This document shows, piece by piece, positions 10,805 to 19,920 of a stretch of DNA of 30,240 bases. This DNA is from Macrostomum lignano (lineage: Eukaryota). The translations under genes were made by a program, and so were the position numbers. Under the pieces are notes generated by a model. It made no database searches. It saw nothing but the letters and a program-made list of their open reading frames with translations, and was not told the DNA's origin. The stretch covers positions 1 to 30,240 of the forward strand of contig NIVC01001085.1 of the NCBI GenBank assembly GCA_002269645.1, in the 5' to 3' direction. Each line of letters opens with the position of its first letter. Within the stretch, counting starts at the first letter, position 1.

Positions 10805-11625
10805 ATTAGGAGGTCACTAAAGGATCGGGGGAGGTCACTGAAGAATCTGGGAGGGTCACTAAAGGATCGGGAGAGGGTCACTAAAGGATCGGGGGAGGTC
10901 ACTGAAGGATCTGAGAGGGTCACTAAAGGATCAGGAGAGGTCACTGAAGGATCTGAGAGGGTCACTAAAGGATCAGGGGAGGTCACTGAAGGATCTGAGA
11001 GGGTCACTAAAGGATCGGCGGAGGTCACTGAAGGATCTGAGAGGGTCACTGAAAGATCGGGGAGGGTCACTGAAAGATCGGAGAGGGTCACTGAATGATC
11101 GAGAGGGTCACTGAAAGATCGGGGAGGGTCACTGAAAGATCGGAGAGGGTCACTGAAAGATCGGGGAGGTCACTGAAAGATCGGAGAGGGTCACTGAAAG
11201 ATCGGAGAGGGTCACTGAAAGATCGGGGAGGGTCACTAAAAGATCGGGGAGGGTCACTGAAAGATCGGGGAGGGTCACTGAAAGATCGGGAAGGGTCACT
11301 GAAAGATCGGGAAGGGTCACTGAAAGATCGGGGAGGGTCACTGAAAGATCGGGAAGGGTCACTGAAAGATCGGAGAGGGTCACTGAAAGATCGGGGAGGT
11401 CACTGAAAGATCGGAGAGGGTCACTGAAAGATCGGAGAGGGTCACTGAAAGATCGGGGAGGGTCACTGAATGATCGGGAGGGTCACTGAAAGATTGGGAA
11501 GGGTCACTGAAAGATCGGGAAGGGTCACTGAAAGATCGGAGAAAGTCACTGAATGATCGGGAGGGTCACTGAAAGATCGGGGAGCGTCACTAAAAGATCG
11601 GGAAGGGTCACTGAAGGATCGGAGA
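10805..11625. repeat. Satellite, 22-23 bp unit GGTCACTGAAAGATCGG(G/A)GAG
   Basis: Direct tandem units. Confidence 0.95.
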
Positions 11626-11802
11626 GGAACTTTTACCTGTGTTAAAGATCGTGAAATTTATTTAAAGTTTTCCGCATGATTTAAATTAATAAGCCATGCT
11701 CAGCTGCAGATGCATGCAGTAAAGATTAATTTGTTGTTTGCTTTTTTCGCGTGAACGTGTCTTTTAGAAGTGCCATATTGGGATTGAGCGATTCGATAGA
11801 AA

Positions 11803-12430
11803 GCTGTGACAGTACAGCAATGTTGTGACAGTACAGCAGTGCGATGGCAGTTCAGCAATGTGATGACAGTACAGAAATGAGGTGACAGTACAGCAGTGTG
11901 ATGATGACAGTACAGCAGTGTGTTGATTACAGTACAGCAGTGTGATGATGACAGTACAGCAGTGTGATGATGACAGTACAGCAGTGTGATGATGACAGTA
12001 CAGCAGTGTGATGATGACAGTACAGCAGTGTGATGATGGCGGTACAGCAGTGTGATGATGACAGTACAGCAGTGTGATGATGACAGTATAGCAGTGTGAT
12101 GATGACAGTACAGCAGTGTGATGACAGCGCAGACATACAGCAGTGTAATGATGACAGTACAGCAGTGTGATGATGACAGTACAGCAGTGTGATGACAGCA
12201 CAGACATACAGCAGTGTAATGATGACAGTACAGCAGTGTGATGATGACAGTACAGCAGTGTGATGACAGCACAGACATACAGCAGTGTAATGATGACAGT
12301 ACAGCAGTGTGATGATGACAGTACAGCAGTGTGATGACAGCACAGACATACAGCAGTGTAATGATGACAGTACAGCAGTGTGATGATGACAGTACAGCAG
12401 TGTGATGACAGCACAGACATACAGCAGTGT
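11803..12430. repeat. Satellite, 22-bp unit ACAGTACAGCAGTGTGATGATG, with a 71-bp higher-order repeat
   Basis: The marker CAGACATACAG occurs at 12130, 12201, 12272, 12343 and 12414 (period 71). Confidence 0.95.
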
Positions 12431-12451
12431 GACTCTCCTGTCAACCCACAG

Positions 12452-13063
12452 ACGGACACTGACAAGACGCCAAAGGTGCAGGAGCCGCAGCCCCAGCCGC
12501 AGCCCGAAGCCGTCAACCGTCTCCCAGTTCCCAGCATCGTGGCCGAACCCGAGCCAGCGAACGAGAAGACCGTCGATGCCGTCGGAGGCTCCTCGGATCG
12601 ACGCGTGTCGGCCATCATGGAGAAGGAGAAGGTGGAAGAGTCGGAGACGGAACGCCGTCGGATCTCGCGACGTAATCGGGCAACAAAACGAGCCACGCAG
12701 GGTGTCGCACAAGATGTTGTCGAGCAGGCGAAGAAACTTGTGGAAGAACGACAACAAGCGGCTGCTTCAGCGGCTAATGACACTTCGACAAATAGTTCAG
12801 ATGCCGCAGCCTCCTGTCACAGCAGCAATGACTCTGGAGTCAGCGTAACTGGAGCCTCCTCGAAGCAGCCGCTGCCCGCTGTACTGGAAGATTCCTCCAC
12901 CGCGGCTTCTGCTGTACCCGCCGCGTCGACAAACGCTAGTACGGATGATGATTCTGCTGGTAGAGGGAATGCTACTACTGGCAGTAGTGCTAGCAGTAGC
13001 CGGTATAGTCGTTTTAATCGGCGACAGGCTACTATGGGCTTGCCGCCAACTGCTGGGGATCAG
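12452..13063 (+). CDS. PPP1R12: MYPT/PPP1R12-like exon carrying the inhibitory phosphorylation site (human MYPT1 Thr696 equivalent)
   Basis: CCCACAG acceptor at 12451 and CAG|GTGAGC donor at 13064. 612 nt, phase 0-0. EESETERRRISRRNRATKRATQGVAQDVVEQAKK aligns by eye with MYPT1 EESESQRKARSRQARQSRRSTQGVTLTDLQEAEK. Confidence 0.92.
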
Positions 13064-13200
13064 GTGAGCTTTATTTGATGGCATCATATTTGCTAGCGTG
13101 TATGATGTTTGTTTTTTTGATTGAGCGCTGTTCTCATCAATCAGTGACATGCAGGTTTTGTAATGACTGATGGACACTGAACTGTAATTTTTCTGTCTTT

Positions 13201-13477
13201 CAGTCAGTCAGTCACCCACTCACTCAAGTCAATCAGTCAGTCAGTCAGTCAGTCAGTCAGTCAGTCAGTCAGTCACCCACTCACTCAAGTCAATCAGTCA
13301 GTCAGTCAGTCAGTCAGTCAGTCAGTCAGTCAGTCAGTCAGCCAGTCAGTCAGTCAGTCAGTCAGTCAGTCAGTCAGGCAGTCAGTCAGTCAGTCAGTCA
13401 GTCAGTCAGTCAGTCAGTCAGTCAGTCAGTCAGTCAGTCAGTCAGTCAGTCAGTCAGTCAGTCAGGCAGTCAGTCAG
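13201..13477. repeat. (CAGT)n microsatellite with a duplicated CACCCACTCACTCAAGTCAAT insert
   Basis: Direct. Confidence 0.97.
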
Positions 13478-13585
13478 AAACAAGCTGCATGTTCAACCAA
13501 AGCAGAAATACTAGGCAAGCATCTGCAGCTAATTAAAGCTCCGATGAGGTTTGCTGGTCTAACAGAATTCAATATAACTCTACAG

Positions 13586-13606
13586 GGTAACCTTCTGCCA
13601 GCGCAG
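13586..13606 (+). CDS. PPP1R12: Candidate 21-nt microexon (GNLLPAQ) of the MYPT gene
   Basis: CTCTACAG acceptor and consensus CAG|GTAAGA donor. 7 codons, phase 0-0, no stop. Confidence 0.55.
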
Positions 13607-14077
13607 GTAAGAAAAAAAGAGGGCAGCTTTCAGGATTCTTTCTAATCTTCGTCCTCCCAACCCCCCACCCCGTTTATTTCGGTCACTCCTAACTTTCTTC
13701 TCTTTCATTTCGATCAAGAGGAGCTCCTGAGGCTGCTGAAAAAGGCTGCCCTTATTTCGAACTTGCGTGTACATTACCGAACAGTGTTGTTCTCTGGCTT
13801 GAAAGTTGGGGCAGAGGGACAGACAGACTTGTAGGTAGGGGAAGGAAGCGAATTAGCGAACTGCAGGACTGTATGGGCGACGGACCAATCTGCTAAAACC
13901 GGATTCTGGCTCGGCTTCATTGGCTTTTTTTACAGCATTGGGGTTGACCATCCAGATGCTAGGGTTAGGGGTTTAGGGCTTGGGATAAAGGATAAATCTT
14001 CTGAACTTGACTGTCTTTGTTGGAATCCCCCCTGTTGCTTTGCTCGGTTGGTTTCGGTTCGTACAACACACAAACAG

Positions 14078-14473
14078 AGAGACCCTAAAAGAAGAAGACA
14101 ATCTATAGAAGGTTGGAAGCCACAGGAAATGCCTCTGTTTCGAGCCACTTCAACGCCTCGTTCTGTGCACTCCGGTTCGCCGCTGTCTTCTTCTGCCGGT
14201 GGCAGCAATGTCTGCTACGGTGGGCCTCTTGGCGCTCTGTTAAGCATTAGTAGCGGCGCCAGCGGCGCCTCTAGCGCTAGTGGCGCCAGCAGTTTCGGTG
14301 GCAGCGCCCCAGCCTCGCGCCGTGGCTCGTTTCGTCATTCGAGTTCGGCGGGTTCCGGGTTTAGTCAGCAACCGTCTGCTGCTTCTGCTGCTGCTGCTGC
14401 GTCTTATTTGACACCGCAGTCAACCAGAAAGCATTCGAGATATTTTGCAAAATCTTCTGAGTCTGTGGACTCT
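14078..14473 (+). CDS. PPP1R12: MYPT/PPP1R12-like Ser/Gly-rich exon (RDPKRRRQSIEGW...RRGS...SYLTP...SVDS)
   Basis: AAACAG acceptor at 14077 after a pyrimidine tract and TCT|GTGAGT donor at 14474. 396 nt, phase 0-0, open, with basophilic kinase motifs. Confidence 0.78.
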
Positions 14474-14574
14474 GTGAGTGCCCTGGCATGTTGAGCGGAC
14501 TTCCCCGAAAGTTCTCCACCTTGAGGAATTTCAAACGATTGTTTACTTACTAGCATAACTGTTTCAAATTTAAA

Positions 14575-15125
14575 CTGGGGTATTCAATTCCTCTGAAATC
14601 GCCGTCAAGGGGTATTCAATTCCTCTTAACCCACAATCAAGGGGTATTTGATTCCTCTGAACTCACCATCAAGGGGTATTTAATTCCTCTGAAATCACCA
14701 TCAAGGGGTATTTAATTCCTCTGAAATCACCATCAAGGGGTATTCAATTCCTCTGAACTCACCATCAAAGGGTATTCAATTTCTCTGAAATCACCATCAA
14801 GGGGTATTTAATTTCTCTGAAATCACCATCAAGGGGTATTTAATTCCTCTGAACTCATAATCAAGGGGTATTCAATTCCTCTGAAATCAACATCAAGGGG
14901 TATTTAATTCCTCTGAACTCATAATCAAGGGGTATTCAATTCCTCTGAAATCACCATCAAGGGGTATTCAATTCCTCTGAAATCACCATCAAGGAGTATT
15001 CAATTCCTCTGAACGCACCATCAAGGGGTATTCAATAGGAAATCACCATCAAGAAGTATTCAATTCCTCTGAAATCAACATCAAAGGGTATTCAATTCCT
15101 CTGAAATCAACATCAAGGGATATTT
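14575..15125. repeat. Satellite, 32-bp unit CACCATCAAGGGGTATT(C/T)AATTCCTCTGAA(A/C)T
   Basis: Direct tandem units. Confidence 0.95.
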
Positions 15126-15400
15126 AATTCCTATAAATCCAATCCATAGGGGATATTTAATTTATATAAATATTTCAATTCCTATAATAGCAGAATATAC
15201 CCTAAGTGTTTATGGCATTCGAAACGCCACTCGAAAAGCACTCTAATAAGCCACTTCAAACCACTTAAGTGCCCAAAAATCAGCCGGGTATGTAACTGTA
15301 CAAACAATCTAATTTTTTTTCAATCTCTTATCTTTGACATTCACTTTGGCAGTATCTATACATGAAGTAGATCATAGCAGCTAACTATTCACAGGAGGGC

Positions 15401-15762
15401 GGGGGGCCGTAGCCCAGCGGTAGCGCAGCTTCTCTGGTGTGCCAGCGACCCAGGCTCGATTCCAAGTGCAGTCACATTAATTTGGGGCTGAATTTGAATC
15501 TCGGCTTGGCTCTGCTCGTGCAATTAACGGCCTTGAGAGCCAACCCCCAAGGCGCAGTGAAGTGTACATGCCTAAAGATAAAATAAAGTTAGGGCCGCTG
15601 TACACTCCTGTGTGAGTGTGTGCCTGCGTACGTATCCGCGCGCTTATATGCCTGCTCAGGGGAGTCGGCGGAATGGGCAGTAATGCCTCTCGCCGGTTGT
15701 GTGCCTATGTCGCTTAAAGTGCGCCAGGGTGCACACAAAACCCCCCTGCCTCTAAAAAAAAA
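15401..15762 (+). mobile_element. tRNA-headed bipartite SINE insertion with a poly(A) tail and 14-bp TSD
   Basis: A-box-like TAGCCCAGCGG and B-box-like GGCTCGATTCC. Internal A-rich linker at about 15573-15588 and terminal A-run at 15754-15763. Exact flanking direct repeat ATTCACAGGAGGGC at 15387-15400 and 15763-15776. Confidence 0.85.
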
Positions 15763-15949
15763 ATTCACAGGAGGGCTGGGGCAATTCTGCGGTCCCATTC
15801 CGCTGACTCCTCAGCAGACTCCTCAGCATATACCTGACTTTCTAATCGTTAGGCCTGAATATACCTGAATCGCATGACAACCCTCGGGTGGATTTTTTGG
15901 GCACAAAAGACCCAATTCAATTTGGGACTCAGCTTCTCTGCTCTACCCC

Positions 15950-16205
15950 TAATAATAAATAATAATTGATTACACCCGCCCTAATGTCCAGATGTGCAAC
16001 CGACAGCTCAGCCGCATCTGAAGGTTCAGTCCAAGGACTGGGGGGTCGCCACACACACCCTCAATTACCCCAGCTAATGCTGGCACCCATTTTACAGCTG
16101 GGTGAACTGAAGCAAAGCACTGTTAAGGGCCTTGCTCAAGTACACAAATTGCTCCGAATCGGTCGAGAATCGAACCCCAGACACTCTAACCACCAGGCTA
16201 CGCTC
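15950..16205 (-). mobile_element. tRNA-derived CORE-SINE, copy 2, with a deletion of about 20 bp in the tRNA head and a (TTA)n tail
   Basis: Shares long near-identical blocks with 6503-6808, e.g. GTCCAAGGACTGGGGGTCGCCACAC...CAATTACCCCAGCTAATGCTGGCACCCATTT. Confidence 0.85.
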
Positions 16206-16307
16206 GTACAACCCCCTATCCAAGACCCAGCTGTATTCAACTTAAATAAAACGATTGCTAACTTTCTTCTAGTTAAATTTGAGTTCGAATCACCCTTGAC
16301 CTCCCAG

Positions 16308-16610
16308 TCCGACTCAGGCAGAGGCAGCTCGCAGGCCATCGCCGACCCAGGCCACTCCGGCCTGTCCCGCTCCCGGCCCGGGTCCTATCACGGCTCCGCC
16401 TACGGCGCAACCGCGTCTTCATCTTCAGCCTCCTCGCCGTCATCGTCTGATTTAGATTACAAGCGACTCTATGAGAAAGAGAAAGCCGCTAACGAACGGT
16501 TGAATGCTGAGAATGGCCGCCTGCGGGAGGAGAATGAGCAGCTGAAGCGGCAGTCGAGCGAGCAACGACAAGTGGATAGACGGCTGTCCGAGTATGAGGC
16601 TCAGAACAGG
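16308..16610 (+). CDS. PPP1R12: MYPT/PPP1R12-like exon, start of the C-terminal coiled coil (PRKG1-interacting domain)
   Basis: CTCCCAG acceptor at 16307 and AGG|GTGAGT donor at 16611. 303 nt, phase 0-0. [18 protein letters not shown] matches MYPT1 DFKKLYEQILAENEKL. Confidence 0.92.
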
Positions 16611-16625
16611 GTGAGTGCCAGCTAG

Positions 16626-16654
16626 CTGTCTGTCTGTCTGTCTGTCTGTCTGCC

Positions 16655-16687
<33 letters not shown>

Positions 16688-16725
16688 GCCTGTCTGTCTG
16701 TCTGTGTGCGTTCCGCGTTTATGTC

Positions 16726-16781
<56 letters not shown>

Positions 16782-16820
16782 GTCTGCCTGCTTGCCTGTC
16801 TGTCTGTCTGTCTGTCTGTA

Positions 16821-16891
<71 letters not shown>

Positions 16892-16907
16892 GTGCGTTCC
16901 GCGTTTA

Positions 16908-16962
<55 letters not shown>

Positions 16963-17050
16963 GTGCGTTCCGCGTTTATGTCTGTCTGTCTGTCTGTCTG
17001 TCTGTCTGCCTGCTTGCCTGTCTGTCTGTCTGTCTGTCTGCCTGCTTGCC

Positions 17051-17139
<89 letters not shown>

Positions 17140-17154
17140 TAGTGTCTTAGTGCC

Positions 17155-17211
<57 letters not shown>

Positions 17212-17218
17212 GCTTGCC

Positions 17219-17287
<69 letters not shown>

Positions 17288-17300
17288 GGCTGTCTGTCTA
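16626..17300. repeat. (CTGT)n microsatellite with repeated GTGCGTTCCGCGTTTAT and CTGCTTGC inserts
   Basis: Direct. It starts about 15 nt after the 16611 donor. Confidence 0.97.
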
Positions 17301-17529
17301 TGCTTTGATGCTGATCTGTCCGATTTGGCAGTATAATATATGTCCGTTACCATTATGCTATTTGTTGATATACTTGTCTAACTGTTCCTAACACACGTAG
17401 CTATTGTCACTAATTTTAAAACGTACAAACGTCACATGGTTACATTTACGTGTACATTGTTATTAAAAGTTGAAGCCAGGCCACTCACGCCCGAACCCCA
17501 CTGCCTTAACGCACCGCCCCGATCCGCAG

Positions 17530-17619
17530 TCGCTGGAGCAGGTCATGAGAGAGAACGAGAAACTTAAAGCTGAGAACCGAGCCTTAGCTCGAGTGGTGGC
17601 TCGGCTATCGCGGCAATAA
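17530..17619 (+). CDS. PPP1R12: MYPT terminal exon A, leucine zipper SLEQVMRENEKLKAENRALARVVARLSRQ*
   Basis: CCGCAG acceptor at 17529, phase 0. Its heptads match the MYPT1 tail [24 protein letters not shown]. The stop codon TAA lies inside AATAAA (17615-17620). Confidence 0.9.
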   Translation, partial: SLEQVMRENEKLKAENRALARVVARLSRQ

Positions 17620-18672
17620 AATCGATAATTAAGGATGCACAAGGACTCTTTCTTCTGTTTCCCGCTTTCAACTCTTTGTATTCACAGTTTCGTCTGAGTC
17701 TTTGTGCTCCAGTTCGTTTATTCTTTTTTAGTGTCTGCTTTTTTGACCAACTCAAATCTATCAGCAATCGGTGGCCAGAAGTTTTATCAATTAATTTTCA
17801 TCGATAATTCTTCATTATTCTCGCTCTGGTACAATCTTCAATTCATAGTTCTTTCTCTTGATTGAATCAAACTAATTAAAATAGTTATAAGAAAAGAAAA
17901 TTTCGCTTATTCGGCAATCGAAAACGGAGCAATTCAAGTCGGCTCGACTAGGCTACTCGTTTAAGTAGTAAGCAGCGTTTTCGCATGCAAGTATGTTTTG
18001 TTAGTTGGAAATGGAATGCAATTTTGCAGTATTGCTTCATACTGATAATTAGTAGTTTTGTTAGTGATTTGTGGTGACATTTATGCAAATATAATAAATT
18101 ATATATTCAAAATTTTATCGTATACAACATGATTTTCAGTTTTATAGTTGACCCTTCATTATCAACCAATAATTGGCATTGCATGAATAAATCATAATGA
18201 TAGAAAATAATTATAATTTTCCATCATTTCTTCATCATTATCTAAATATACTAATATTTGAATATTTTATACATTATATAAACTATAGATTTAGTTTAAA
18301 TATAAAACAATTGTATTTAAATATTATTATATATATTATATTAAATTAGTGATTCTTAATCTTTGAAGTTTATTGTTATTGGAGTGTAATCTAATTAGAA
18401 TTTTCGCGAATAATTTTTTTCAATAATTTTTGTACTATTAATTTTATCTACAAACTATTAAATCGTTAAATTATTCAAATAGTTGAATAACTTGATTTAA
18501 TATTTTATTTATCGGAACTTGAAAATAAAAAAAATATAAGTAAATCTAAAAATCCAAAGCTTGCATTTTTTGCTTATCAAGTTGCTACCTATCCACGGTT
18601 TAATGATTTAATAAGCATTTATAAATTTCAGTTTGTTATCTACATACAGATATTTAATATCACATATTTTAG

Positions 18673-18816
18673 TTGGCAACCGCAGCATCAGCCGAGGTGG
18701 AAAACTCTCGTCTCCGCCTTGAGAACAGCAAGCTTCGAGCGGACAATGTGTCCCTAATTCGAGTTATCGATCGTCTGAAACGAACAAATAACAACGGCAT
18801 TGTTCGGCCGGTGTGA
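18673..18816 (+). CDS. PPP1R12: MYPT alternative terminal exon B, second leucine zipper LATAASAEVENSRLRLENSKLRADNVSLIRVIDRLKRTNNNGIVRPV*
   Basis: ATATTTTAG acceptor at 18672, phase 0. A GC-richer coding island in very AT-rich DNA. It has four heptad leucines with N-N-N-I at the intervening positions, and LIRVI is identical to the MYPT1 tail. Confidence 0.75.
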   Translation: MATAASAEVENSRLRLENSKLRADNVSLIRVIDRLKRTNNNGIVRPV

Positions 18817-19813
18817 TTTGATTGGATATCAGACAAACAAATTATATTTAAACCCAACGGTTCTGCTTAAACATTTTCGTTTATAACTAACTTAACTTGC
18901 TTTTTTCCTGCAATGTATAAAGCCTGTTTTATTTTTTTTAGCTCGTATTATCATTAATAACGCTATTATTAGAAACACGTACGCGTATTATTGTTCGTGG
19001 CGGTCAAGTATAGCTTACGTATTTACGTATTTAGCGCGAGCAAAGTTAGCCAATATGTTGAGTGTTAGAACTTGCTATGAACTATCAAATTGTTAGTATT
19101 TATTGCATATTAAGTAAGCTCATATCTGCGCTAAAAATAGTCAAACAATATTAATGTAACTCTTTAAATCTATTCGTCAAAGTTTGTGTAGATTTTTCAA
19201 CTAACACTAACCATTTCGCCTTAACCTTATAGTATTATTTTCTTGTTTTACAGGGACTTATGCCTTTTTCGAAGTGCATCGTGTCCTTTATTTGTAATTT
19301 ATTTTGAATCTCTAATTCTGATTGCATGCACTCGGTTGAAGCGAATAAGTTGGGAAGCAGTAGAAATTGTGGTGGTGTTGTGAAACCGTTTTTCACCTTC
19401 ATATTTTGCTTGTACGGTTACAAACTAACTAAAGATCATATAAGATTAATATTTATTATAAAATCCAAGAAAAATTCAATTTTTTGTTATAATTTTTGTA
19501 AGAGTAATCTTCGTTGACTTACCGTTTTTTCAATGACCCGGGCACGCACTGGTCACTGTTTTTGTTGATTTTAAAACAACTCCGCTCTCCGCTTGTTTGG
19601 CTTCTTTAATTTTATAATGCTCCTCCACCCTGGAACTCTGCTTCAAACCTCCTTGTGCAGTTTCTTTTGTTTTAATCCACTCCCTAGTTAAATTAACAGA
19701 AAGTGTAAACTCAGCATAAAAAATATATTTTTGTTTCCTTTGATACAGTCGTATTTTAATTTACAACTAAAGCCCGCTAACCCTTGTTATTGCAATGCCT
19801 TAATTGCTATTTT

Positions 19814-19920
19814 AATAAATCTATTAATATTAATATTTGTTTTATGTCAACGGCATTCATACCGTTATTTTTTACGGGTTTAATTTGAATGGAAAAAATG
19901 TGCGCTGGTAATTGTAATAA
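19814..19920 (+). promoter_or_regulatory. Candidate distal polyadenylation signals (AATAAA at 19814 and 19915) for exon B transcripts
   Basis: Hexamer match only. The region is AT-rich, so a chance occurrence is likely. Confidence 0.25.

Noticed and set aside
7668-12783. Long ORFs over the 24-bp, (CTGT)n, 22-bp and 71-bp arrays, including His/Cys-rich minus-strand ORFs
   Set aside because: These are repeat artefacts. The non-repetitive part of 11764-12783 is the antisense shadow of the MYPT exon.
13956-13978. Telomere-like TAGGGTTAGGGGTTTAGGG
   Set aside because: Only about three degenerate units, too short to call an interstitial telomere.
1-15125. Regularly spaced 24-34 bp repeats as possible CRISPR arrays
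   Set aside because: The units are head-to-tail with no unique spacers, there are no cas genes, and the context is eukaryotic.
15966-16307. 5' part of ORF 15966-16625 as coding
   Set aside because: It is the antisense CORE-SINE plus intron. The true exon starts at the 16307 acceptor.
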